Shown: piece after piece, positions 55,917 to 64,000 of the stretch
Numbering within the stretch: the stretch's first letter is position 1
Layout of the letters: each line of letters begins with the position of its first letter
From: an uncultured bacterium
GTDB lineage: Bacteria; Krumholzibacteriota; Krumholzibacteriia; WVZY01; JAKEHA01
Reading direction: 5' to 3'
Length of the DNA: 64,000 bases
NCBI GenBank assembly: GCA_964588695.1
Contig: CAZPQK010000006.1
Coordinates: 196,239-260,238 of the forward strand
The notes under the pieces: model-generated
What the model was told of the DNA's origin: nothing
Databases searched by the model: none
The model's input: the letters and a program-made list of their open reading frames with translations, nothing else
Made by a program: the position numbers and the translations under genes

Positions 55917-55937
55917 GGCATCATAACTGATATATTA
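55917..55937. promoter_or_regulatory. Direct repeat 2 GGCATCATAACTGATATATTA
   Basis: Second copy, 30 bp upstream of the hipB start. Confidence 0.4.
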
Positions 55938-55966
55938 AAGCACGTAGGACACCTAGCACATCACTT

Positions 55967-56335
55967 ATGAGGGGATACATGATTACCTCCACAACCAGCG
56001 ATGCTGCCGCCATGGAGACGATTGGGAAGCGACTGGCCCGCTACCGACTAAACCGGAACCTCACCCAAAAGCAGCTGGCGCGCGAGGCCGGCGTGTCGGT
56101 GCCGACGGTCCAACGATTGGAGGCCGGGAACTCCGTGCAACTGGACACATTAATCGGTGTGCTCCGCGCGCTCGACCTGCTGGCCAATCTGGAGGCGATG
56201 GTGCCGGAGCCGCCGGTGAGTCCGCTGCAACAACTCGAGTTGGATGGCAAACGGCGGCAACGCGGAACCGGCAGTCGTGGTCGCAAAGAACAGTCGAAGG
56301 AAGACACCCCGTGGACGTGGGGCGATGAGTCATGA
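55967..56335 (+). CDS. hipB: HipB-like XRE-family HTH antitoxin
   Basis: HTH LTQKQLAREAGVSVPTVQRLEAG. An alternative start at 55979 has a GAGGGG RBS. Overlaps the hipA start by 4 nt. Confidence 0.75.
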   Translation: MRGYMITSTTSDAAAMETIGKRLARYRLNRNLTQKQLAREAGVSVPTVQRLEAGNSVQLDTLIGVLRALDLLANLEAMVPEPPVSPLQQLELDGKRRQRGTGSRGRKEQSKEDTPWTWGDES

Positions 56336-57630
56336 CGGTCGCAAGTGTACGACTTTGGGGGCGCACTATTGGTGCGGTCAGTTGGGATGCTGATCGGCGA
56401 CTGGGCAACTTCGAATACGTGGATGCCTTTCAGCGAAGCGGGATCCAAGTCGCGCCGCTAACAATGCCACTCTCGGACCAGATCTTCTCGTTTCCGGCGT
56501 TGGCTCCGGAGACCTTTCGCGGCTTACCGGGTCTGCTTGCCGACTCGCTCCCCGACAAGTTTGGTAATGCTGTTATCGATGCATGGCTCGCGCGCGAAGG
56601 CAAAGACATCGGCGCGTTTACGCCGGTCGAACGGCTGTGTTACGTGGGAACTCGCGGTATGGGCGCGCTTGAGTTTGAGCCCGCCTTGGGTCCGCCGCGT
56701 GACGACGACGCATTGCTGGAAGTGGCGTCGTTGGTCGAGCTGGCCGGTGAGATTCTCGCCGAGCGCGAAGGGTTGCAAGCATCTTTCGACGAGCCGGATC
56801 GCGAGCAGGCGCTGCGTGATATTCTAAGTGTGGGAACTTCGGCCGGCGGCGCACGCGCCAAGGCTATTATCGCGTGGAACCCCGACACCAACGAGGTTCG
56901 CTCAGGACAGGTAGCAGCGCGCCCGGGTTTTGCCCATTGGTTGTTGAAATTCGACGGAGTGCATGGCGACCGCGACCGCGAACTGGATGTGCCCCGTGGC
57001 TACGGCCAGATCGAGTATGCCTATTACTTGATGGCGAAAGCCGCTGGCGTGGAGATGAGCGAGTGTCGATTGTTAACCGAAGGGAATCGTCGTCACTTTA
57101 TGACTCGCCGCTTCGACCGCACCAAAGGCGGAGAGAAAGTTCACATGCAGACGCTAGGCGCGCTGGCTCATTTCGATTTCAATCGTGCCAATGCCTATGC
57201 CTACGAGCAAGTGTTTCAACTGATGCGACGGCTGTCGCTGCCGGTGGAGCAGATCGAGCAGATGTTTGTGCGAATGGTTTTTAATGTGATCGCGCGCAAT
57301 CAGGACGACCACGTTAAGAACGTAGCGTTTCTTATGGACAAGGCCGGGCGTTGGCGGCTATCGCCAGCTTACGACGTGACGTTTGCCTATAACCCCAACG
57401 GACCATGGACTGCGCAGCACCAGCTGAGTCTTAACGGTAAGCGTGACGACTTTGCCGTGACCGACCTGGAAGCGGTCGCCGACTTTGCCTCACTACGGCG
57501 AGGTTTCGCCCGGGATACGTTGGAGCGGGTTCAAGAGGCGACGGAGCGCTGGCCGGACTTCGCCGACCAGGCGGCGGTGACGTCAAAGTTTCGCGGCGAA
57601 ATCGGAAAGTCAATTCGCCGGCTGGTGTGA
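56332..57630 (+). CDS. hipA: HipA-family serine/threonine kinase toxin
   Basis: HipA N-terminal coupling region (LWGRTIGAVSWD) and C-terminal kinase core (ARNQDDHVKNVAFL...LSPAYDV). Confidence 0.8.
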   Translation: MTVASVRLWGRTIGAVSWDADRRLGNFEYVDAFQRSGIQVAPLTMPLSDQIFSFPALAPETFRGLPGLLADSLPDKFGNAVIDAWLAREGKDIGAFTPVERLCYVGTRGMGALEFEPALGPPRDDDALLEVASLVELAGEILAEREGLQASFDEPDREQALRDILSVGTSAGGARAKAIIAWNPDTNEVRSGQVAARPGFAHWLLKFDGVHGDRDRELDVPRGYGQIEYAYYLMAKAAGVEMSECRLLTEGNRRHFMTRRFDRTKGGEKVHMQTLGALAHFDFNRANAYAYEQVFQLMRRLSLPVEQIEQMFVRMVFNVIARNQDDHVKNVAFLMDKAGRWRLSPAYDVTFAYNPNGPWTAQHQLSLNGKRDDFAVTDLEAVADFASLRRGFARDTLERVQEATERWPDFADQAAVTSKFRGEIGKSIRRLV

Positions 57631-57674
57631 CCGGTATAATCGCCGGGGCCAACGGCTAAGGCGTTGCCAGGCAA

Positions 57675-57707
57675 TCAGATACTCTGTGGGTATCTGACAT
57701 GGTTTTT
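57675..57707 (+). terminator. Hairpin TCAGATAC-tctgtgg-GTATCTGA plus TTTTT after hipA
   Basis: Perfect 8-bp stem with a T5 run 5 nt downstream. Confidence 0.35.
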
Positions 57708-57802
57708 CCGCCAACTTTGAGCTGGCAGTGCTGTACGTATGACTAGCAACATCACTTCGCACACCGGCACAAGCCGGGTACACGCATCACAGGGGGTTTG
57801 TC

Positions 57803-60800
57803 ATGAGCAAGCGCCGTTGGGCGCGCGCAGCGTGCTCGTTTTTGGTTCTGGCGACGACGTTGTTGACCACGACGTCGGTTTGGGGAGATAGCACGACTGG
57901 TCGACCGGTTAAGCACTACGACAGTCCAACGCGGATTGTGGATGGGACGCCGCGCACGGTGACTGTTTCTCCCGAACAGGAAGCGGCGCTTCGTGCGCAC
58001 GTCGTTCGCTACCGTCCTGATCATCCCTTGCTAGCTCGAAATCACAAACGGCCCGCTGGCGACGGGTCCGCCCGTGGTCGTGAACTTTCGTCGACGCCCG
58101 GCCTGGAGAGTGCGCCGTTACAGCGCCCCGGGTTTCCAGATCTGTACCACTCGACAGCAAAGGGAGACGAAGGTCCGCAGCGAAGCCTGACGTCGGTGCT
58201 GGATGAAGCGGGGATGCTAGTGGACGCAGGCGGCGACGATGTGGAAGTAGCGAGCACCGAAAATACCGCGCCCCTTTTGGCAATCACATCTGGCGGCGAA
58301 TACCTCCTGGCGGTAAGGAATGTCTCATCGGTGGCGGTTTACAAGTCGTCTGACGGGGGCGAAAGCTGGACGCTGTGGAGTACCTTCTCCGATGCCAGTG
58401 GATTGCTCTTCGGAGCTGCGATGACCATCGGTGAGGGTACCAACAACCGCATCTTTCTGGCGTACACCAACACCACTGGCGACGATCAGGTTCATGTGGC
58501 CTACGCGGACTTTACCGTTGCTTCGCCAACCTGGGTGGTCGTGACCGCCCTTGCGAACGCGGGTGTCGACCACGGGAAGTTTGGACGGTTGTCCATTGAT
58601 ACCGACTACGAAAACTTCACGTCTTACTACGTCTACGTTGCCGCGTTAGGCGACGACGGTAATGGCGACGACATTTGGTTCGCTCGTTCCACCGATCGGG
58701 GCGGCTCTTACGCCCCCGGTTACCGCGTTTTGGATTCAGCTACGAGTTCTTACGATTCGTTCGACAGTCCCTACATAGCGTTCGGCGCCGGGAACTACGT
58801 TCATCTGGGAGCGAATGCGGATTACACGACAACCGGCACTGTTACCGATGTCATCCACGCGCGCGCGTTGGGTTGGGCCGGCAGTGGGCTTGCCAGTTGG
58901 GAAGCGCCAACGGTAATTAGTGCCGGGACCGTTTCCGCCGACCATCTGCTTGGTTCGCTGGGCGCGGACACCAACTTCGGTACGGTTGTGTTCGCGATGA
59001 CGAACTTCGACGGTTCGCCGTTTCGCGATTGGGTGAGTGTTTCAACCAACTATGGCACGGCCTTTGGTGGTCTGGTCGAGTCGGGGTTGGACAACTCGCC
59101 GGGGAAGATTGTGTTTTCGACGAGCGGCGATATTGTGATGGCGGGGGTGGAAGTAGGGGAGTACTGGCCACCCTTTAACCAGGTGCAGTTGGTAAGGTCA
59201 ACGTTGGCGGCGCCGACGACTTTTACCGCTCCGGCCACGTACACCCGAACCATCTGGGATGCGGGAACTTTACCGCGAGTGTACGGCCTGGCGTTGGATC
59301 CCACACGCGGAGAGCAACCGGCGATCGCGTGGACGGCCTCGGTTGACCCCGACTATACCGTTCGTTTCGACGCCGAATGGCGTCGCGACCCCGGCTATGC
59401 CAATACCGAAGTCGGCTTTCCGCTGGCTGTGACTGGTGGCGGTCATACGCCCCCCGCGATTGCCGAAGTCGACGGCGATCCGGAAAAAGAGATCGTGTTC
59501 GCGACGATCTCGGGTGACGTGCATGTAGTCAATCACGATGGAACCACGGTTCCGGGTTGGCCGGTGAACATAGGGCAGATCGCGTTCGATACACCGGTAG
59601 CGGTTGGCGATTTGATTGGTAATGGTAACAACACGATTGCGGTCGGTAACGGGTTTGGCGAAGTGTACGCTTTTAACGGCGACGGCGCCGTCCTGCCTGG
59701 GTTCCCGGTGCAACTCGATGATACCAATTTTGTGCATGTTTCGATTGGCGCGTTGGGTCCTCCCAATCGCCGGTACATTGTTGCGATGGCGGGACACGAT
59801 ATAAAAGTACTCAACTATCAGGGAATAAATATGGCGCCAGCGCTCGGTGACTTTGTTAACAACGCTATCGGACCGGCGGCCATCGGGGATGTCGACAACG
59901 ACGGCGAGATGGAGATCGTGACCTCGCGCAACAATTGGTTCCACGTGCTCACCCGCAGTGGCGGTGTTAAATCTTTTCGCAATGTGTTTGGCGAGCAGGT
60001 AACCGGCCCGCCAGCTCTTGCCGATCTCGATTCTGACGGCGACCTGGAGATTGTTATTCCAAGTGTGGACGGCAGCGGCAGTCGCATGTACGTAATGAAT
60101 CACGATCTCACAGACTATCCCGGATTCCCGGCGGTAATTGCCTCGGGTGCGTCCCTAACCAGCGCTTCGCTTGCGAACATTATTAGTGGCGGCGAACCGG
60201 AGATTATCTTTGCCGAGCGTGACGGATCGGGGAACGTGCACATGTTTCGTTCCGACGGAACCGAGCCCAGTTGGTTCCCGGTTAATGTCGGCCCGTCTTT
60301 TATTTTTACGCCGCCGGCAATCGACATCGTGCATCAGTTTCCCTCACAGATTGTCACCGCGACGCGTGCCAATGTAGGTTATTCGTACACCAACTTTGGC
60401 GTAGATTCACCGGGTTGGCCGCGCAACTTGAATGGTGTTATCGAAGAGACGCCAGCAATTGGCGACATCGACAACGACGGACGTAACGAAGTCGTTATGC
60501 TGGGAGCCAACGAGCTTCGGGTGCTAGACACCGGGGCCGCGCCGCACGGCAGCGACGTTTACAGTTGGAGGATGTTTCAGAATGACGCCGCGCGTACCGG
60601 TTGTTGGAACTGTGAAGACGTGATAACTGCCGTTGGTGATGCTCCGTCGCCGCGCACGGACGAGCGGTTGGACGTGTATCCCAATCCCTTTAACCCGACG
60701 ACGAACGTGTCGTACCAGGTTGCGGCGGAGGGTAAGGTGCGCGTCGCGCTTTATGACGTTAAGGGTCGGCAGGTTGACGTGCTTGTCGACGGCGTTGTAC

Positions 60801-60916
60801 AGCCGCCGGGCAACTATCGGGTGACGTACTCGCCGCGACTTGCAAGTGGTGTCTACTTCTTGCGGATGGAATCTGCGAGTGGCGCGATTACCCGAAAGAT
60901 CCATTTACTCAAGTAG
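57803..60916 (+). CDS. Large secreted BNR(Asp-box) + FG-GAP/VCBS-repeat beta-propeller protein with T9SS C-terminal sorting domain
   Basis: Signal peptide. Asp-box SSDGGESWT. At least five FG-GAP-like repeats (EVDGDPEKEIVF, IGDVDNDGEMEIV, ADLDSDGDLEIVIP, IGDIDNDGRNEVV). C-terminal VYPNPFNPTTNVSY...GVYFLRM...IHLLK. Confidence 0.8.
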   Translation: MSKRRWARAACSFLVLATTLLTTTSVWGDSTTGRPVKHYDSPTRIVDGTPRTVTVSPEQEAALRAHVVRYRPDHPLLARNHKRPAGDGSARGRELSSTPGLESAPLQRPGFPDLYHSTAKGDEGPQRSLTSVLDEAGMLVDAGGDDVEVASTENTAPLLAITSGGEYLLAVRNVSSVAVYKSSDGGESWTLWSTFSDASGLLFGAAMTIGEGTNNRIFLAYTNTTGDDQVHVAYADFTVASPTWVVVTALANAGVDHGKFGRLSIDTDYENFTSYYVYVAALGDDGNGDDIWFARSTDRGGSYAPGYRVLDSATSSYDSFDSPYIAFGAGNYVHLGANADYTTTGTVTDVIHARALGWAGSGLASWEAPTVISAGTVSADHLLGSLGADTNFGTVVFAMTNFDGSPFRDWVSVSTNYGTAFGGLVESGLDNSPGKIVFSTSGDIVMAGVEVGEYWPPFNQVQLVRSTLAAPTTFTAPATYTRTIWDAGTLPRVYGLALDPTRGEQPAIAWTASVDPDYTVRFDAEWRRDPGYANTEVGFPLAVTGGGHTPPAIAEVDGDPEKEIVFATISGDVHVVNHDGTTVPGWPVNIGQIAFDTPVAVGDLIGNGNNTIAVGNGFGEVYAFNGDGAVLPGFPVQLDDTNFVHVSIGALGPPNRRYIVAMAGHDIKVLNYQGINMAPALGDFVNNAIGPAAIGDVDNDGEMEIVTSRNNWFHVLTRSGGVKSFRNVFGEQVTGPPALADLDSDGDLEIVIPSVDGSGSRMYVMNHDLTDYPGFPAVIASGASLTSASLANIISGGEPEIIFAERDGSGNVHMFRSDGTEPSWFPVNVGPSFIFTPPAIDIVHQFPSQIVTATRANVGYSYTNFGVDSPGWPRNLNGVIEETPAIGDIDNDGRNEVVMLGANELRVLDTGAAPHGSDVYSWRMFQNDAARTGCWNCEDVITAVGDAPSPRTDERLDVYPNPFNPTTNVSYQVAAEGKVRVALYDVKGRQVDVLVDGVVQPPGNYRVTYSPRLASGVYFLRMESASGAITRKIHLLK

Positions 60917-60968
60917 CCCGAGGCCACCGTACGCGCCGGTATTAGCGCTTACAATGCGGTGTAGTTTG

Positions 60969-61009
60969 GTCAGTCAGACGGCGGGTAGTTACTCCGCCGT
61001 CTGACTGAC
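60969..61009. terminator. Perfect 16-bp hairpin GTCAGTCAGACGGCGG-gtagttact-CCGCCGTCTGACTGAC
   Basis: Lies between convergent genes. No clear U-tract, so it may be a bidirectional terminator or a REP-like element. Confidence 0.45.
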
Positions 61010-61031
61010 ATGTCGCCAGGCTTCTGGTCGG

Positions 61032-61283
61032 CTAGGCTTCGGAACTCGCCTTAGCAGCGCGGTCGATGCCAATACCAATGAGAACGATTGCACCGACGGT
61101 GACGACCAGCCTGACCCAGTCGGTGGCCTGTCCCCAATCAGTGCGCAGGAACTCGGTCGCGGAATAGATCAGAAGCAGAGCGCCTGCCAGACCCATCGAG
61201 CCGAGTTTGATCGAGAGTCGCTCCAAAACGCCTATCGACAACGCGATAGCGATGACGCAACCTGCGGCCCATATTCCCAACAT
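61032..61283 (-). CDS. Small two-TM membrane protein, hypothetical
   Basis: 83 aa, hydrophobic. Confidence 0.4.
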   Translation of the reverse strand: MLGIWAAGCVIAIALSIGVLERLSIKLGSMGLAGALLLIYSATEFLRTDWGQATDWVRLVVTVGAIVLIGIGIDRAAKASSEA

Positions 61284-61313
61284 TATCGTTCTCCTTTCGG
61301 ATAGAGAGCCTGC

Positions 61314-62165
61314 CTAGAAGCAGGGTCCGTGTGCACACGGAAAGAAATAGTCGTCGAGACCGTTGACCATTTCTTCAAACAGGATCGATGAGGCGGCTCC
61401 TAGAATCGACCCCAGTGTGTCGCCGAGCAATCGGCGCGTTTTGACGCCCAGCAGGGTGTCAACAATGCGGCCCGCAAACCCCGTTGCTTCGCCACCGCCG
61501 TGATTGTTGCCACCGCCGCCCTGGCCTCCATTTCCACCTCCACCGTTTCCGTTGTCGCCCGGCCGCAATGTTCCGTCGATGTTCGTTGCCGACCACAGCT
61601 CGGTCGATGCGGTAAACAGGTCGACCGCGGCCCGATAGTCAGGGCTACTGTCACGGCTTCGCACCTGAAGCGTCGCGATGTCGTCCGTTGAGAACAGAAG
61701 TTCACGCAGCCCGGTGATCTCTTCGTTGGTATACCCGTCGTGAACCCGCATGTGGTCCAGGAACCGGTTGACCCGGTTGCGGTCCAGCCGCGAAAAGTCG
61801 AAGACTCCGGTCGTAATCAGGTCGTTGTGATAGCGAAGTACTTCCATAACGTCCTCTCTGCCGATGGTTTCGGTGGCGCCCAGCGACGCCAGTACTTCAT
61901 TGACGGCGCCAGAGAAGTTTTCGACAAAGCGATCCAGGTTGGGCGCTTGCGAACCGCGTCGAGCGATGTACGCGCGAGCAATCTGGTTGTGAACTTCTCC
62001 GAATTGATCATCGGTGACGTATTCGCCGTGAAGTTCAATCTTCGGCAGCGCGATGTCCGATGTTGACGTAGCGTCGGTGGGTGTAGTGCCTTGGTTGCAG
62101 CCAACGGACGTAAGAACCAGCGCTGCGGCGACTAGAAACGTGATGGTTGCGATGCAATACTTCAT
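61314..62165 (-). CDS. Hypothetical lipoprotein with Gly/Asn-rich tract
   Basis: Lipobox LTSVGC. GNGGGGNGGQGGGGNNHGGG tract. Confidence 0.5.
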   Translation of the reverse strand: MKYCIATITFLVAAALVLTSVGCNQGTTPTDATSTSDIALPKIELHGEYVTDDQFGEVHNQIARAYIARRGSQAPNLDRFVENFSGAVNEVLASLGATETIGREDVMEVLRYHNDLITTGVFDFSRLDRNRVNRFLDHMRVHDGYTNEEITGLRELLFSTDDIATLQVRSRDSSPDYRAAVDLFTASTELWSATNIDGTLRPGDNGNGGGGNGGQGGGGNNHGGGEATGFAGRIVDTLLGVKTRRLLGDTLGSILGAASSILFEEMVNGLDDYFFPCAHGPCF

Positions 62166-62334
62166 CGTTATCCTCCCAAGTGCCGACGAGTCGGCGTTAA
62201 AGGTCAGCGGGAGGAGGTCGTCCGCAAAGGGGGCAGCGACCGATGTTTGTACTAGATACTACGAATGTAGATTATCAAAGTTTCGTGTCAACGCAGATCG
62301 GGGCGATTTCGGCGAAGCCGGGTGTACAATCGGT

Positions 62335-62374
62335 AGACATGTCGACATTTCGACAGGTGTCGTTGAATCGACAC
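62335..62374. promoter_or_regulatory. Cluster of TGTCG/CGACA half-sites (GACATGTCGACAtttCGACAggTGTCGttgaaTCGACAc)
   Basis: Four or five copies of the TCGACA/TGTCG half-site within 40 bp, inside the 455-bp leader of the PorV/PorQ-like gene. Confidence 0.3.
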
Positions 62375-62620
62375 GGTCTCGTATTTGCGCATGTGCTACG
62401 ATAACCGTAGAAGCCAGCCCGTATTTCAAAAGGGGGAGTTATGCGTGCAGAACGTTACCGCCTCGATATTAACGAGCCGTAACCGCGCGGGCTGATGGTT
62501 TGGCTGCGGCCGTTCCCCCAATCACATACATTTTGGATGTGAATGGGGCGCTCCAATCTTGCTTAAGTTCTGATACACTGCTGGGAGTCGCCCCCTGCTT
62601 ACCTTCGGCCAAGGGAAGCA

Positions 62621-63649
62621 TTGAAACCTCCGATTCCACGTATTCTGGTTCTTCTGTCACTGCTGTTCGGCAGCCACGCGCACGCCGAAATCCACGAGTT
62701 CGGAGCATCGCCCAGCATGCGGTCGACCGCGATGGGGCACACCGGCGTGGCCGACGGGTCCGAAAGTGGCACTCGTTCGCTCAATCCCGCGATCGCGCCG
62801 TGGGGAAACGAAGTGGTGTCGCTGAATGTGTTTTCGCGCGAAGTGTTGCGAAACATCCGCAACGATGCAAGGTACAGCGGTGTTGATTTAGGAATGGCCG
62901 CGTATCACTGGCGGGACGGACGCTGGTATTCGCTCGGTGCTTTTGCTCAGACCTTCGGGTTTGGTCATGAATGGATTGAGAATGATCATCAGCAGGACGC
63001 AATTAAGTTTGGCGTTGGCGCCGGAGTGGCGACGTCGCGGTCGTTTTTGAGTTTCGGTGTTGCCCGTACTGGCGTGGAGATCATCGACATTAGCAAGACG
63101 GCGACGGATCCAGTGGTCGCCCGCGCCGATTCCGACGAGGGTGCCAACTACGACGTCGGAGTGTTGGCGGGGCGACGCTACGGCCGGTCGCGCGGCTATC
63201 GCACGACGCTGTCGCTGGGTGTGGTTCGATCTGGGTTGGGCAAGAAGCTCGTTCCCGCGGCCGTGGGGCCCGACGATCAAACTACTGTGGGCACCCGTGT
63301 GCGATTAGCGTCTCCGGTGCGGGGATTTCTCCTGCGCCGTAAAGCGCCCATGGTGGTTGTGCTGGGTAACGTTGAGTCCGTGCTTGCCGACGGACGATCG
63401 GCGGAGTGGCGACTGGGCGGCGAGATTGGGGTTTTGGATACGTTGTTTCTGCGCGGCGGATTGCACGAGTGGCAGGGCGAGTTTTTACCGGACGAGTGGC
63501 GGTCGTCGTGGGGATTCGGGGTTGTGCTTGCGATTGAGGCGACACTGGTCCGCCTCGAATGGGCGAGCGTAGAGATCGACGACGGCGCTGCGGACCACGG
63601 TGTCTCACTCCGTATTGGGGTTCCGAACGGCGGCAAGCGGCGATATTAG
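62621..63649 (+). CDS. PorV/PorQ-family (FadL-like) outer-membrane protein, T9SS-associated
   Basis: Signal peptide. N-terminal motif EFGASPSMRSTAMGHTGVADGSESGTRSLNPAIA parallels the PorV/PorQ N-terminus (GARAAGMGGAFVAVADD...NPAGLA). TTG start, so the exact start is uncertain. Confidence 0.5.
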   Translation: MKPPIPRILVLLSLLFGSHAHAEIHEFGASPSMRSTAMGHTGVADGSESGTRSLNPAIAPWGNEVVSLNVFSREVLRNIRNDARYSGVDLGMAAYHWRDGRWYSLGAFAQTFGFGHEWIENDHQQDAIKFGVGAGVATSRSFLSFGVARTGVEIIDISKTATDPVVARADSDEGANYDVGVLAGRRYGRSRGYRTTLSLGVVRSGLGKKLVPAAVGPDDQTTVGTRVRLASPVRGFLLRRKAPMVVVLGNVESVLADGRSAEWRLGGEIGVLDTLFLRGGLHEWQGEFLPDEWRSSWGFGVVLAIEATLVRLEWASVEIDDGAADHGVSLRIGVPNGGKRRY

Positions 63650-64000
63650 GCGCGCACCTGGCCAAATTGCCGTTTGGCTGCGGATTTGCTATATTTCGGC
63701 TAGCTTCAGCGGGCGCCCGGCGCGCCCGTGCATCTGCTTCGAACTGTGGGGGCGATTTGGCTTCGACGGGGGTGAGGGATGCTTAGGCTGCGTGTCGAGC
63801 AATGTCACTGAACTCGTTAATTGCTGTGGCAAAAATGTAAGTGCAGACAACAACGTCGCACTGGCTGCTTAACTAGACAGCCCGTCCCGCATTCTCTGGG
63901 TTTCCAGGGGGGATGTAGGGGCGTCATTTTCTGGGAGCTAGCGTTAGCACGTGTCCGGGTGTAACACGCGAAACTTTTCGGACTGGCCTGTTGCTAATTT

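Noticed and set aside
55891-55975. E. coli-type HipB operator TATCC-N8-GGATA
   Set aside because: TTATCC (55891) and GGATA (55971) exist but are about 75 bp apart rather than 8 bp. The 21-bp direct repeats are proposed as the operator candidates instead.
62053-62472. 139-aa plus-strand ORF in the leader of the PorV/PorQ-like gene
   Set aside because: It overlaps the end of the 61314..62165 lipoprotein gene on the other strand, has no RBS and is low-complexity. The region is treated as regulatory non-coding.
63650-64000. 350-bp ORF-free tail of the window inspected for an ncRNA or riboswitch
   Set aside because: No recognisable conserved RNA motif, terminator or repeat was seen. It is left unannotated and may simply be a promoter region for a gene beyond the window.

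Overview
This is a high-GC (~60-65%) bacterial chromosomal window, probably from the FCB superphylum (Gemmatimonadota or a candidate phylum). The phylum guess rests on several cargo proteins ending in the T9SS type-A C-terminal sorting domain (QNYPNPFNPTT...VYFYRL...LLK). Coding density is high and both strands are used. Coding sequences by region:
- Left edge (1-2300): a mobile restriction-modification remnant made of a controller (C) protein with textbook tandem C-boxes and a putative restriction nuclease, lying next to a 3'-truncated tyrosine integrase and a tRNA 3'-half (att-like) fragment.
- 2400-6300: a MarR-controlled cluster of two beta-lactamase-fold serine hydrolases and an MBL hydrolase.
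- 6400-17000: secreted/T9SS proteins, tandem paralogous SAM methyltransferases, a FemAB-like acyltransferase, a DUF5916-like outer-membrane barrel, trhO, and an orphan 7TMR-DISM histidine kinase.
- 17000-22500: greA with a leader terminator, an HTTM-DCC(DUF393) fusion membrane protein, and a divergent Cys-less asparagine-synthetase-like ATP-dependent amidotransferase.
- 22500-27700: tRNA-His (GUG) with its promoter and terminator, an AstE/AspA-family deacylase, a GCS2 ligase fused to a CBS pair, and an OPT peptide transporter.
- 28400-29000: ssb.
- 29000-32300: an ECF sigma / ZAS anti-sigma / LTXXQ / Spy-like / Gly-Met-rich envelope (probably metal) stress operon.
- 32300-34000: a split mnmC arrangement, with a standalone FAD oxidase translationally coupled to an MnmM (YtqB)-type methyltransferase.
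- 37000-43300: two paralogous ~1020-aa T9SS cargo genes whose 3' 312 bp are 100% identical, a recent gene-conversion tract.
- 43400-48700: a TetR / MMPL-RND / LolA-like / OM-barrel export operon.
- 48700-55800: mscS, corA, a low-GC LysM gene, gdhA, trmB, a second mscS, a small OMP and an FkbM methyltransferase.
- 55800-57700: a hipBA toxin-antitoxin module behind an AT-rich, repeat-bearing promoter island.
- 57800-63700: a BNR + FG-GAP T9SS giant and a PorV/PorQ-like outer-membrane protein.
No CRISPR array, rRNA gene or intact prophage was seen. All functional calls come from motif recognition by eye; no database searches were run.
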